Below, in pieces: positions 11,049 through 21,199 of a stretch of 64,000 nt of DNA (its first letter is position 1; the number at the start of each line of letters is the position of its first letter). The DNA is from Nitrospirota bacterium. GTDB lineage: Bacteria; Nitrospirota; Thermodesulfovibrionia; Thermodesulfovibrionales; Dissulfurispiraceae. The notes below the pieces were generated by a model, which was not told the origin of the DNA, searched no databases, and was given only the letters and a program-made list of their open reading frames with translations. Location of the stretch: assembly GCA_963790025.1 (NCBI GenBank), contig CAWBMP010000002.1, positions 448,001-512,000 on the forward strand, written 5' to 3'. The translations under genes and the position numbers were made by a program.

Positions 11049-14000
11049 ATGGCCAATCTTCTGAGAGAAAGAGTAGATTTCGGAAAAGTTCCGTTGGTCC
11101 TGGAAGTCCCGTACCTTGTGGAATTCCAGAAAAGGTCATTTGAGAGGTTCCTGCAGAAGGATGTTGCACCGGAACAACTGACAGATGAAGGGCTTTATTC
11201 GGCGTTTAACAGCGTTTTCCCTATAACCGATTACAACGATACCGCATCAATAGAGTTTATTTCGTATACGCTGAGCGATTCAAAACTGACGCCCCGCGAG
11301 TGCATCCTTAAAGGCCTGAATTATGCGGCGCCGCTGAGGATCAAAGTGAGACTGAACATCTGGGAGAAAGACGATCGCGGAAACAAACGTCTGAAAGAGT
11401 CTCGCGAGCAGGAAGTTTATATAGGGGACATGCCTGTCATGACTGAAACTGGAAGCTTTATCATAAATGGAACCGAGCGGGTAATTGTCAGCCAGCTGCA
11501 TCGCTCCCCGGGCGTTTATTTTGCGCCGGACAAGGGCAAGACACATGCAAGCGGAAGACTTCTATATACAGCGCGTGCAATTCCGGCGAGGGGCTCCTGG
11601 CTGGACTTCGAGTTCGATTCAAAGGATATCCTTTATGTGAGGATCGACCGGCGCAGGAAATTGCCGGCAACGATTGTGCTGAAGGCCCTCGGTCATTCCA
11701 ATGAGGACCTTCTGCGGACATTCTATCCTGTGGAAGAGATAAAAATAAAGGGTAAGGACAATTACACACGAGTTGTCAGCGAGGTGCTTGCCGGTGTGCG
11801 GGCGAAACATAATATCATTGCCCCCAAGACCAATGAAATGATCGTAAAAGAGGCCAGCAAGATCACGAAGGCGGCACTCAAGAAAATGGAAGCTTCGGGA
11901 ATAAAAGAAATCCCTTTGGCGAACAGCGACATAATCGGCAGGGTCACACTCACCGATATTGTCGATCCCTCAACAGGTGAGATTGTTCTCGACGGAAACA
12001 AGGAAATCACGGAAGAGGTCTTCTATAAGGTCCTTACCCTCAAGATAGATACGTTGCATCTGCTTTTCATCGACAACGTAAACTACCTGCCTTCCTTCAG
12101 AGAAACTCTTCTGACAGATAAAGTGGCGAAGCAGGAAGAGGCCCTGAAAGAGATATACCGCAAACTGAGGCCGGGAGAACCCGCGACCGAAGATGCCGCA
12201 CGGGAACTCTTCAACGGTCTGTTTTTCGACCCGAAGCGGTATGACCTTTCGCCTGTAGGCAGGCTGAAAGTCAATGAGAAACTCGGTCTCGATGTGCCCC
12301 TCACCATGAGGGTCCTGACGGACAAAGACATTGTCGAGATCGTGCGCTACCTGCTCAATCTCAGAACTGGAAAAGGGGAAGTCGACGATATCGACCATTT
12401 GGGCAACAGGAGAATACGGGGCATCGGAGAACTCCTGGAAAACCATTTCAGGATAGGGCTTGTCCGCATGGAGCGGGCCATCAAGGAAAAGATGACTCTG
12501 ACCGAACTAGAAAGTGCAATGCCCCATGACCTTATCAACGCGAAACCAGTCATGGCAGCAGTAAAGGAATTTTTCGGTTCGAGCCAGTTGAGCCAGTTTA
12601 TGGACCAGACCAATCCCCTGTCGGAGATAACGCACAAAAGAAGGCTGTCCGCCCTCGGACCCGGGGGACTGACCAGAGAAAGGGCCGGCTTTGAAGTAAG
12701 AGACGTCCACCCTACACACTACGGAAGGATATGTCCAATTGAGACGCCTGAAGGCCCCAACATAGGACTGATTACGTCGCTCGCGTCATATGCAAAGATC
12801 AACGATTTTGGATTCATAGAGGCGCCTTACAGAAAAGTCGAACAGGGCCGTGTGACAAAAGAGATCGTATACTTGTCCGCAATACAAGGTGAGAATTTCA
12901 TAATTGCGGAGGCAACGTCTCACCTTGATAAGAAAGGGAACCTCGTGGGAGGGGCGGTCTCGGCAAGGGTCGGTGGTGACTTTAAAATAGTCTCCCCCGA
13001 AGAGGTCCAGTATATGGACGTTTCGCCGAAGCAGATTGTCAGCGTGTCCGCAGCACTGATTCCTTTCCTCGAAAATGACGACGCAAACAGGGCGCTTATG
13101 GGTTCTAATATGCAGCGCCAGGCCGTCCCGGTATTGAGGCCGGATGCGCCTGTTGTCGGCACAGGCATGGAACACGCCGCAGCAAAAGATTCGGGTTGGC
13201 TTGTGCTGGCAAAACGGGCCGGAATTGTCGAAAGCGTTGATTCCGCCAGGATTGTGGTGCGGGCAACAGAAGAAGGAGCAGTTGACATCCACAATCTTGT
13301 CAAATTCCATCGTTCAAACCAAGGTACCTGCATGAACCAGAAACCGATTGTCAATGTCGGGGACAAAGTTGAGCCCGGAAGTGTGTTGGCTGACGGCCCT
13401 TCAACCGAACTAGGTGAGCTTGCGCTGGGGAAAAATGTGATTGTTGCTTTCATGCCCTGGGGCGGCTACAACTTTGAGGATGCCATGCTGCTCAATGAGA
13501 GACTGGTCAAGGACGATGTATATACCTCTATACATATTGAGGAATTTGAAGCTGAAGCGCGTGATACAAAGCTAGGGCCTGAAGACATCACCAGGGACAT
13601 TCCGAATGTAGGAGAGGAGGCGCTTAAGGACCTCGACGAAAGCGGCATAATCAGAATAGGTGCAGAGGTGAAACCGGGCGATATTCTTGTCGGCAAAGTC
13701 ACGCCTAAAGGCGAAACAATGCTGACCCCAGAGGAAAAACTGCTCCGCGCCATATTCGGTGAAAAAGCTGAGGAGGTCAAGGAAAGCTGCCTCTATGTGC
13801 CTCCAGGCATAGAGGGTGTTATTGTCGATGTAAGGGTCCTTTCCAGAAAAGGAGTTGAAAAGGACAAACGGACAAAGAGCATAGAGGAGGATGACATAAA
13901 TAAGCTGCAGCGCGACCTTGAGGAGGAGATTAAGATCCTCAAGGAGGAGCGTGCAGCAAAAATAAGGAAACTATTGGTCGACCAGAAGCTTGCCGAGGAC

Positions 14001-14990
14001 TTCGTCGATCCCAGGAGCAAAGAACAGATAGGCCAGAAGGGCAAGAAGCTTACAGAAGCGCTGGCCGGCAGGATTAAGGACGACCATCTACTCAGGGTAA
14101 AGATAGATAATGCCGATGTAAGGGCCCAGATAGAGACGTTAAATACTACAAACACCCAGTACATCAAGCACCTTGAAGCCCGATACCAGGAGCGTATTGA
14201 ACGTATCAAGAAAGGAGACGAGCTGTCTCCGGGTGTCAACAAGGTCGTTAAAGTGTATATCGCAATGAAGCGAAAGATACAGGTGGGCGATAAAATGGCT
14301 GGACGCCATGGCAACAAGGGCGTTGTTTCAATGGTGCTGCCCGAAGAGGACATGCCCTATCTTCCGGACGGCACGCCGGTTGATTTCGTCCTGAACCCCC
14401 TTGGTGTTCCTTCGCGTATGAACGTTGGACAGATACTCGAAATTCATCTGGGCTGGGCTGCCAAGACGCTCGGCCTCCATGTATCGACACCTGTCTTTGA
14501 AGGGGCCAAAGAAAGCGAGATCAAGGACCTTCTTAAAAAAGCCGCGCTTCCCACTTCCGGACAGATGATTCTGCACGACGGCAGGACAGGCGAACCCTTC
14601 CAGCGGCCGGTGACAGTGGGGTGCATGTATATGCTTAAGTTGCATCATCTCGTTGCGGACAAGATACATGCCCGGTCCATCGGACCATACTCGCTCGTAA
14701 CGCAGCAGCCTCTGGGCGGAAAGGCCCAGTTCGGCGGGCAGAGGCTCGGTGAAATGGAAGTGTGGGCGCTTGAGGCTTACGGCGCCGCTCATACACTGCA
14801 GGAATTCCTGACAGTGAAGAGCGATGACATCAGCGGAAGGTCGCGCATGTACGAGGCGATTGTGAAAGGTGATCCGATACTGGAACCAGGGATACCTGAG
14901 TCTTTCCACGTATTAATAAAAGAGCTCCAGAGTCTTGGACTTGATGTTGAACTCCTGGAGAAAAAGAAAAAAAGGGAGGAATTAGGTTGA
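11049..14990 (+). CDS. rpoB: RNA polymerase beta subunit
   Basis: [38 protein letters not shown] and [14 protein letters not shown] motifs. Confidence 0.99.
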   Translation: MANLLRERVDFGKVPLVLEVPYLVEFQKRSFERFLQKDVAPEQLTDEGLYSAFNSVFPITDYNDTASIEFISYTLSDSKLTPRECILKGLNYAAPLRIKVRLNIWEKDDRGNKRLKESREQEVYIGDMPVMTETGSFIINGTERVIVSQLHRSPGVYFAPDKGKTHASGRLLYTARAIPARGSWLDFEFDSKDILYVRIDRRRKLPATIVLKALGHSNEDLLRTFYPVEEIKIKGKDNYTRVVSEVLAGVRAKHNIIAPKTNEMIVKEASKITKAALKKMEASGIKEIPLANSDIIGRVTLTDIVDPSTGEIVLDGNKEITEEVFYKVLTLKIDTLHLLFIDNVNYLPSFRETLLTDKVAKQEEALKEIYRKLRPGEPATEDAARELFNGLFFDPKRYDLSPVGRLKVNEKLGLDVPLTMRVLTDKDIVEIVRYLLNLRTGKGEVDDIDHLGNRRIRGIGELLENHFRIGLVRMERAIKEKMTLTELESAMPHDLINAKPVMAAVKEFFGSSQLSQFMDQTNPLSEITHKRRLSALGPGGLTRERAGFEVRDVHPTHYGRICPIETPEGPNIGLITSLASYAKINDFGFIEAPYRKVEQGRVTKEIVYLSAIQGENFIIAEATSHLDKKGNLVGGAVSARVGGDFKIVSPEEVQYMDVSPKQIVSVSAALIPFLENDDANRALMGSNMQRQAVPVLRPDAPVVGTGMEHAAAKDSGWLVLAKRAGIVESVDSARIVVRATEEGAVDIHNLVKFHRSNQGTCMNQKPIVNVGDKVEPGSVLADGPSTELGELALGKNVIVAFMPWGGYNFEDAMLLNERLVKDDVYTSIHIEEFEAEARDTKLGPEDITRDIPNVGEEALKDLDESGIIRIGAEVKPGDILVGKVTPKGETMLTPEEKLLRAIFGEKAEEVKESCLYVPPGIEGVIVDVRVLSRKGVEKDKRTKSIEEDDINKLQRDLEEEIKILKEERAAKIRKLLVDQKLAEDFVDPRSKEQIGQKGKKLTEALAGRIKDDHLLRVKIDNADVRAQIETLNTTNTQYIKHLEARYQERIERIKKGDELSPGVNKVVKVYIAMKRKIQVGDKMAGRHGNKGVVSMVLPEEDMPYLPDGTPVDFVLNPLGVPSRMNVGQILEIHLGWAAKTLGLHVSTPVFEGAKESEIKDLLKKAALPTSGQMILHDGRTGEPFQRPVTVGCMYMLKLHHLVADKIHARSIGPYSLVTQQPLGGKAQFGGQRLGEMEVWALEAYGAAHTLQEFLTVKSDDISGRSRMYEAIVKGDPILEPGIPESFHVLIKELQSLGLDVELLEKKKKREELG

Positions 14991-17900
14991 TAGAAGATAT
15001 TTATGCCCTTTTCCAAAAACCGAAGAATCCTAAAGACTTCGATGCAATAAGGATAAAGCTTGCATCTCCCGAGAAGATCAGGGAATGGTCCTATGGAGAA
15101 GTAAAGAAGCCTGAAACCATTAATTATCGCACCTTCAAACCGGAACGCGACGGGCTTTTCTGCGCGAAGATATTCGGCCCTGTAAAAGACTGGGAATGCC
15201 TCTGCGGAAAGTACAAAAGGATGAAACATCGCGGTGTGATTTGCGACAAGTGCGGAGTAGAAGTTATCCAGTCCAAAGTAAGAAGGGAGCGCATGGGGCA
15301 CATAGAGCTGGCTACCCCGGTTGCCCATGTTTGGCTGCTCAGGGGAGTGCCGAGCAGGATCGGCACGCTCCTCGATATGACCATACGGCAGCTAGAAAAG
15401 GTGCTTTATTTTGAAGAATACATTGTTATCGATGCCGGAGATACCCCGTTAAGAGAAAAAGAACTGCTAAGCGAGGATGAGCACAAAAAGAAGCTTTCCG
15501 AATTCGGCAACAGGTTCAAGGCCGGAATGGGGGCCGATGCCATCCGTGAGCTTTTGCGGAAGGTTGATCTTAAAACATTGGCGGTAGAGTTGAAAGAGAA
15601 GATCGATTCAGTATCGTCTCTCGGCGTGAAAAGAAAGCTTTCCAAAAGAATAAAGACAGTGGAAGCTTTCCTGAGATCGGAGAACAAGCCGGATTGGATG
15701 ATCCTCGATATCGTGCCGGTGCTGCCCCCTGATCTTAGGCCTCTTGTTCCTCTGGACGGCGGCCGTTTCGCCACTTCAGACCTCAATGATCTGTACCGGA
15801 GAGTCATCAACAGGAACAACAGGCTTAAAAGGCTCATGGAACTGAAGGCCCCAAGTGTCATCATAAAGAATGAAAAAAGAATGCTCCAGGAGTCCGTGGA
15901 TGCGCTGTTTGATAACAGCAAGCGGGCCAAGGTATTGAAGGCAGGCGGCAAGCGCGCCCTTAAATCACTGAGTGATATGATCAAGGGTAAACAGGGCCGT
16001 TTCAGACAGAACCTGCTCGGGAAGAGGGTCGACTATTCCGGCCGTTCGGTCATTGTAGTCGGTCCTGATCTCAAGATGAACCAATGCGGTCTTCCCAAAC
16101 GCATGGCGCTTGAGCTTTTCAAACCCTTTGTGTTCAATAAGCTGGAAGAGAAAGGCTATGCGACAACGATAAAGCAGGCAAAGAGGCTTGTCGAGAATGA
16201 ACGGCCGGAAGTATGGGATGCCCTTGAGGACGTAATCAGTGAACACCCCGTACTCCTGAACCGCGCGCCTACATTGCACCGCCTCGGAATTCAGGCCTTT
16301 GATCCGGTGCTGGTCGAAGGAAAAGCAATCAAGTTGCATCCCCTCGTCTGCACGGCATTCAATGCCGACTTTGACGGTGACCAGATGGCAGTGCACGTCC
16401 CCTTGTCAGTTGAAGCTCAAATAGAGGCGCGGATATTGATGCTCTCTGTAAATAACCTGCTGTCTCCGGCCAACGGGAAGCCTGTTGTAGTGCCTACCCA
16501 GGACATGGTACTGGGCCTCTATTATCTGACAAAGCAGAGAAAAGGCGCCCGCGGTGAAGGTAAGATTTTTGCCGACACCGAGGATGTCCTAATGACCTAC
16601 GATTCCGGGTTCGTCGACGAGCATGCTGCTGTCAAGGTCAGAATGAACGGCGGCGTTGTCGAAACAACGGTAGGAAGGATTATATTCGGCGAAATACTTC
16701 CCAAGAACATTCCATTTGAAGCAATCAACAAGGAACTGACAAAGAAGGAATTGGGCAAGCTGATCGAGTACATTCATAAGGTATCGGGAAAACGGGAAAC
16801 CGTTGTGTTCCTGAACGAACTCGAGCGTTTGGGATTCAAATATGCGACATATTCCGGCATCTCCATCTGTATCGATGATATGCATGTACCCTCTAAAAAG
16901 GCTGCGCTTATCCGGGAAGCGGAAAATGAAGTTATGGAGGTCCAGCGACAGTATGCCGACGGTCTGATTACCCAGGGTGAACGTTACAACAAAGTCATCG
17001 ATATCTGGGCGAACGTGACTGAGAAGATTGCCGATGAGATGATGAAGGAACTGGGCGCTGAAGAGGGCAAGTCGCTCTCCGAAGAGGAGATAAGAGAGAG
17101 CCGTTCCTTTAACAGCATATTTATGATGGCAGACTCCGGCGCAAGAGGCAGCGCGGCCCAGATACGGCAGCTTGCCGGTATGAGAGGCCTGATGGCAAAA
17201 CCTTCTGGAGAAATTATCGAGACCCCGATTACCGCCAACTTCAGGGAAGGCCTTACACCTCTGCAGTATTTTATCTCGACGCATGGCGCGCGTAAGGGCC
17301 TTGCCGATACTGCTTTGAAAACCGCTAATGCGGGATACCTCACCAGGCGGCTTGTCGATGTAGCCCAGGACGTTATCCTGATAGAGGAAGATTGCGGTAC
17401 GAGGGAAGGCATTACAGTCATACCGCTTATAGAGGGAGGAGAGATCATCCAGTCCCTCGAGGAACGTATTTTCGGAAGAACGCTTGCCGAGACACTCAAA
17501 GACCCGGTGACCAATGACATTATTGCGAATAGAAATGTGGAAATAGACGACGAGTTGGCAAAGAGGATCGTTGATGCCGGCGTCGACCGGGTGAAGATAC
17601 GTTCGGTTCTCACCTGCCATTCAAAGATCGGCGTATGTGGCAAGTGCTACGGGAGAGACCTTGCAAGAGGCGGCAAGATCGAGATTGGTGAGGCGATAGG
17701 CATCATAGCCGCACAATCCATCGGCGAACCCGGCACGCAGCTCACCATGAGGACCTTCCATATCGGTGGAGCAGCAACAAAGGTTATTGAACAAGCTACG
17801 CTGGCGCCGAAGAATTCGGGGTTTGTAAAATTCATCGATGTAAGCGCGGTTAAAAACAAGGAAGGCATTCAAATCGTGCTCAACCGCAATGCCACGATAG

Positions 17901-19096
17901 CCATTGTCGATAAGACCGGACGGGAAAAGGAAAAATACAATCTTGTTTACGGCGCGAGGATATTTGTGGAAGACGGGCAGAAGGTTGAGTCCAGCCAGCG
18001 ACTGGTCGAATGGGACCCTTACTCTACTCCGATCCTGACTGAAATCGGCGGCAGGATAGCACTCGGCGACATCGTTGAAGGCGTGACCTTTAAGGAAGAA
18101 GTGGACGAAACCACCGGTCTGGCCCATAAGGTCGTCATAGACTATCCCGCTCATATGAGACCAAGGATTTCGATAAAAGATGAACACGGTAAGACCGTCA
18201 AGAGCCCCGGTACCAGCAACCCTGCACGGTATCAGCTGCCCGCGGGCGCTCACATGCTGGTGGAAAGAGGAGATCTCATGGCGCCTGGAGATATCCTTGC
18301 CAAGATTCCGAGAGAAACAACAAAAACAAAAGACATCACTGGCGGTCTCCCGCGAGTTGCTGAGCTTTTCGAGGCACGGAAGCCCAAAGAGCAGACGATC
18401 GTCAGTGAAATCGACGGTATTGTCGAGTTCAGGGGCGCGCATAAAGGCATGAGGGTTGTGCTGGTTAAAGGCGGCAGCGAGTCAAGAGAATACCTGATCC
18501 CAAAGGGCAAGCACGTTACTGTCCATGAGGGTGACTGGGTCAAGGCAGGAGAGCCGCTGATGGATGGAGCTGTAAATCCCCACAGCATACTCGACATTCT
18601 CGGTCCCAAGGAACTGCAGAGTTATCTTGTTGACGAAGTTCAAAAGGTATATCGCCTCCAGGGCGTCTCGATCAATGATAAACATATTGAAGTGATTGTA
18701 CGCCAGATGATGAGGAAGATAAGGATCGAAGAACCTGGTGACACGATATTTCTTATTGGTGATGAAGTCGATAGAATGGTATTCGCGGAAGAGAATGAGC
18801 GTGTTAGAGGTGATGGTGGCAGACCTGCCCAGGGCAGGCCGCTGCTTCTCGGTATCACTAAAGCCTCCCTTTCAACGGAAAGCTGGGTATCGGCTGCATC
18901 GTTCCAGGAGACTACAAGGGTCTTGACTGAAGCGGCCCTGAGCGGGCTCGTGGATGAGCTTCGAGGGCTCAAGGAAAACGTCATTATGGGAAGGGTCATC
19001 CCTGCAGGTTCCGGAATGCAGGTATACAGGGACACCTTCATCAAAGGCGATTTCTATTCCATGCAGCTTGAACACGAAGAGGCTGAAGTAGAATAA
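14987..19096 (+). CDS. rpoC: RNA polymerase beta' subunit
   Basis: [12 protein letters not shown] catalytic motif and zinc finger; TTG start overlaps the rpoB stop. Confidence 0.99.
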   Translation: MIEDIYALFQKPKNPKDFDAIRIKLASPEKIREWSYGEVKKPETINYRTFKPERDGLFCAKIFGPVKDWECLCGKYKRMKHRGVICDKCGVEVIQSKVRRERMGHIELATPVAHVWLLRGVPSRIGTLLDMTIRQLEKVLYFEEYIVIDAGDTPLREKELLSEDEHKKKLSEFGNRFKAGMGADAIRELLRKVDLKTLAVELKEKIDSVSSLGVKRKLSKRIKTVEAFLRSENKPDWMILDIVPVLPPDLRPLVPLDGGRFATSDLNDLYRRVINRNNRLKRLMELKAPSVIIKNEKRMLQESVDALFDNSKRAKVLKAGGKRALKSLSDMIKGKQGRFRQNLLGKRVDYSGRSVIVVGPDLKMNQCGLPKRMALELFKPFVFNKLEEKGYATTIKQAKRLVENERPEVWDALEDVISEHPVLLNRAPTLHRLGIQAFDPVLVEGKAIKLHPLVCTAFNADFDGDQMAVHVPLSVEAQIEARILMLSVNNLLSPANGKPVVVPTQDMVLGLYYLTKQRKGARGEGKIFADTEDVLMTYDSGFVDEHAAVKVRMNGGVVETTVGRIIFGEILPKNIPFEAINKELTKKELGKLIEYIHKVSGKRETVVFLNELERLGFKYATYSGISICIDDMHVPSKKAALIREAENEVMEVQRQYADGLITQGERYNKVIDIWANVTEKIADEMMKELGAEEGKSLSEEEIRESRSFNSIFMMADSGARGSAAQIRQLAGMRGLMAKPSGEIIETPITANFREGLTPLQYFISTHGARKGLADTALKTANAGYLTRRLVDVAQDVILIEEDCGTREGITVIPLIEGGEIIQSLEERIFGRTLAETLKDPVTNDIIANRNVEIDDELAKRIVDAGVDRVKIRSVLTCHSKIGVCGKCYGRDLARGGKIEIGEAIGIIAAQSIGEPGTQLTMRTFHIGGAATKVIEQATLAPKNSGFVKFIDVSAVKNKEGIQIVLNRNATIAIVDKTGREKEKYNLVYGARIFVEDGQKVESSQRLVEWDPYSTPILTEIGGRIALGDIVEGVTFKEEVDETTGLAHKVVIDYPAHMRPRISIKDEHGKTVKSPGTSNPARYQLPAGAHMLVERGDLMAPGDILAKIPRETTKTKDITGGLPRVAELFEARKPKEQTIVSEIDGIVEFRGAHKGMRVVLVKGGSESREYLIPKGKHVTVHEGDWVKAGEPLMDGAVNPHSILDILGPKELQSYLVDEVQKVYRLQGVSINDKHIEVIVRQMMRKIRIEEPGDTIFLIGDEVDRMVFAEENERVRGDGGRPAQGRPLLLGITKASLSTESWVSAASFQETTRVLTEAALSGLVDELRGLKENVIMGRVIPAGSGMQVYRDTFIKGDFYSMQLEHEEAEVE

Positions 19097-19191
19097 GTCA
19101 GGTAGAGGTAGAGGTAGAGGTGAAGTAAAGTCCTCGTGCTCGTTGTATTAGTTTTTGTCTTTATCTTTACCTTTACCTTTACCTTTCATTT

Positions 19192-19677
19192 ATGGATTCT
19201 CCCCGTTTTATCTGTGATGTAATGCTCGGAAGCCTTGCCAGGTGGCTCAGGCTTTTCGGTTTCGACACGGCATATTTCAGGTCGATCGATGACAACGAGC
19301 TTATCCGCTGCGCCCTGCAACAAGAGAGGATCCTTTTAACCAGAGATACCGGCATCGCAAAACGGAAAAGTATCAAGAAATTCATTCTTTTACTCTCCAA
19401 CGACACCTTCGCACAGTTAAAAGAAGTATTGAAGGCAGGCGAATGGCTAAAGGCGAAAGGCGAAAGGTCCCCACGATGCGCTGTATGCAACGGTGAACTT
19501 GCCGCAGCGGAAAGGGAAGCCGTTGCCGGCCGTATCCCGGAATACGTCTTTCTGAACGCAACGTCTTTTTTAACCTGCCGTGAATGCGGAAAGGTTTACT
19601 GGCGCGGTTCACACAAGAAATCCATCGATGCTCAGTTGCAAAAAATATTAGGAGAGATCATCACTCAAAAACCGTAA
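19192..19677 (+). CDS. Mut7-C RNase (PIN-like) domain protein with zinc ribbon
   Basis: RFICDVMLGSLARWLRLFGFDT, RILLTRD, RCAVCNG and CRECGKVYWRGSH motifs. Confidence 0.9.
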   Translation: MDSPRFICDVMLGSLARWLRLFGFDTAYFRSIDDNELIRCALQQERILLTRDTGIAKRKSIKKFILLLSNDTFAQLKEVLKAGEWLKAKGERSPRCAVCNGELAAAEREAVAGRIPEYVFLNATSFLTCRECGKVYWRGSHKKSIDAQLQKILGEIITQKP

Positions 19678-19699
19678 TTAAGCCCTGTCACTCTACCTT

Positions 19700-19721
19700 A
19701 GCTTTCTAAGCTGCCACTTCC
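19700..19721 (+). repeat. 22-bp direct repeat, copy 1 (AGCTTTCTAAGCTGCCACTTCC)
   Basis: Identical to 20577-20598. Confidence 0.9.
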
Positions 19722-19921
19722 CTGCAAGGTACATGTCTTGCCAGCCTGTATAGACCTGACCTTTGACTCCCGATCCTTTGAGAACTCTTAGCGTACGATT
19801 TTTTCGTTTCGTGAGGTGCCCTCATATAGCGCTCGGGGTCCCAGATGTAACCATAATGTAAAGCTGGTGTAACCGTAATGCAACTTTCTTCGTCTATTCT
19901 TGAATCAGGAGGACAGAGTTC

Positions 19922-19996
19922 AGACAAAGACAAACCCTTTGCGAAGAGGGGACGGAAGCTGCGGATCTTGAAGGAAGATGGCCGGAGCTGCCGAAA
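19922..19996 (+). promoter_or_regulatory. Cyclic dinucleotide (c-di-GMP-I / GEMM-I class) riboswitch aptamer
   Basis: CAAACCCTTT-GCGA-AGAGGG-GACGGAAGC...GGATCTT...AAGATGGCCGGAGCTGCCGAAA fits the GEMM-I layout (GNRA-capped P2, GGACG junction, P3, 3' TGCCGA); a hairpin plus T-run follows at 19998-20025. Confidence 0.75.
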
Positions 19997-20085
19997 ACAA
20001 ACGGTTGATTCGGCCGTTTGATTTTAACGCAACACATAATGATTTGCTGCATGATGGCAGTAAATCTGAATATGGAGGTAATGCC

Positions 20086-20463
20086 ATGAAAAAAATATAC
20101 ACTATAGCGATTGCCGTGTTTTTAGTATTGTCACTCATAAGTTTCGCTGTTGCCAAAGAAGAGGCGGGCAACTATTGGGGAGAAGTAGCATCGATTGACT
20201 ACCATGCAAAAACTGTGAGTATAAAGGCGTTTTCTCCACTCGTATCGCCTGACGTGACCGGTGGCAGAACCGGAATCACATTCGGAATGGATGAGTCAAC
20301 CGATGTGATCAAGTGCCATACGAGTAAGGATTTAAAGAACATCAAAGTCGGTGACGCGGTCCAAATACGGTATCATGAAAAAAACGAAAAGTATATTGCT
20401 GAATCCATTGCCGTAAGCACGCCGCTCACAGCTTGCAGCGCAACGGAAAAAGCGGGCAATTGA
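20086..20463 (+). CDS. Small secreted protein, probable OB-fold beta-barrel
   Basis: GGAGG SD before the ATG at 20086; signal peptide MKKIYTIAIAVFLVLSLISFAVA; GEVASID...LKNIKVGDAVQIRY pattern. Confidence 0.7.
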   Translation: MKKIYTIAIAVFLVLSLISFAVAKEEAGNYWGEVASIDYHAKTVSIKAFSPLVSPDVTGGRTGITFGMDESTDVIKCHTSKDLKNIKVGDAVQIRYHEKNEKYIAESIAVSTPLTACSATEKAGN

Positions 20464-20475
20464 TGTGTTTGTTTT

Positions 20476-20552
20476 AGCGAGCAGGCTGAGGGGTCACCCC
20501 CTCATGCCTCTCGCACCACCCGGCATAAGGTCCACGTACACTGGCGGTCCCC
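20476..20552 (-). mobile_element. Degenerate group II (class C-like) intron 3' end, domains V-VI only
   Basis: Minus strand GGACCGCCAGTGTACGTGGACCTTATGCCGGGTGGTGCGAGAGG...GAGGGGGTGACCCCTCAGCCTGCTCGCT resembles IIC DV (ACCGCC...GGTGGT) and the DVI hairpin; no RT ORF present. Confidence 0.6.
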
Positions 20553-20576
20553 AAAGTTAATCTGAATTTATACTGC

Positions 20577-20598
20577 AGCTTTCTAAGCTGCCACTTCC
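20577..20598 (+). repeat. 22-bp direct repeat, copy 2, spanning the DUF2283 stop codon
   Basis: Identical to 19700-19721; includes the hairpin GCAGCTT-TCT-AAGCTGC. Confidence 0.9.
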
Positions 20599-20789
20599 TT
20601 ATCTTTTACAACGCTCTCTAATGAATCAAGTATAAAGTCTTTTGCATCAAGAATTTCAAGCAGAACAGGCTCTCCATCCTTGGAAAAATGGATAATAAAT
20701 TGTCCTTCCTCTTCTGCATAGTCAATGGGCCTGTCGGAGAATTCTATAAGGAGTGCATCAACATCCTTGCTGTATTTAATTTTTCTCAT
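20583..20789 (-). CDS. DUF2283 family protein (putative antitoxin)
   Basis: KIKYSKDVDALLIEF...GEPVLLEILDA pattern; acidic 68 aa; overlaps the upstream partner. Confidence 0.8.
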   Translation of the reverse strand: MRKIKYSKDVDALLIEFSDRPIDYAEEEGQFIIHFSKDGEPVLLEILDAKDFILDSLESVVKDKEVAA

Positions 20790-21036
20790 ATCTATTCCTC
20801 CGTCCGGGATACATGGTTATAACAAGTATTTCGTCTCCTTTATCCTCGCAAACGACACGTAGAACATGGGACTCATTTATGCGTTTTTGAGCTATTCTTC
20901 GTCCTTTATAGCCTGTGTCTGTCCTGTCTGGAAACGTTACGACGTCCTCTATGAAGACTTCTGTTAGTGCTATTCCATGCTTCTTCAAAACTTCGATCTT
21001 TATTTGTGCATGGATCGAGAATTTTATCACTTTCAT
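20776..21036 (-). CDS. DUF4258 family protein (putative RelE/BrnT-fold toxin)
   Basis: FSIHA...GYKGRRIAQ...VLRVV...LVITMYP; basic 86 aa paired with DUF2283. Confidence 0.75.
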   Translation of the reverse strand: MKVIKFSIHAQIKIEVLKKHGIALTEVFIEDVVTFPDRTDTGYKGRRIAQKRINESHVLRVVCEDKGDEILVITMYPGRRNRYEKN

Positions 21037-21122
21037 TTCAAATTATAGATTAATCCGGAAACTCATAGCAAGTTCAATGAAATACATTTAGGGGTGGAAT
21101 GGGTGACCCTATGTTAGCAAAT

Positions 21123-21154
21123 AAAAAAGACGGGCCTTGCGGCCCGCCTTTTTT
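21123..21154 (-). terminator. Rho-independent terminator of the porin gene
   Basis: Minus strand GGCGGGCC-GCAA-GGCCCGTC-TTTTTT. Confidence 0.85.
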
Positions 21155-21199
21155 GCATCATTTCACGCATTATGCATTACGCATAACACATTTCGACAT

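Noticed and set aside
14987..14990. RpoB-RpoC fusion
   Set aside because: Separate reading frames with a normal 4-nt TTGA overlap and an SD before rpoC
11280..19075. Numerous long antisense ORFs within rpoB and rpoC (also in tuf, mfd and uppS)
   Set aside because: Shadow ORFs opposite conserved genes, with no independent motifs or start signals
19706..19933. 75-aa minus-strand ORF ending in EVAA like the DUF2283 protein
   Set aside because: Similarity is limited to the 22-bp repeat, no family motif is recognisable, and its start overlaps the riboswitch on the opposite strand
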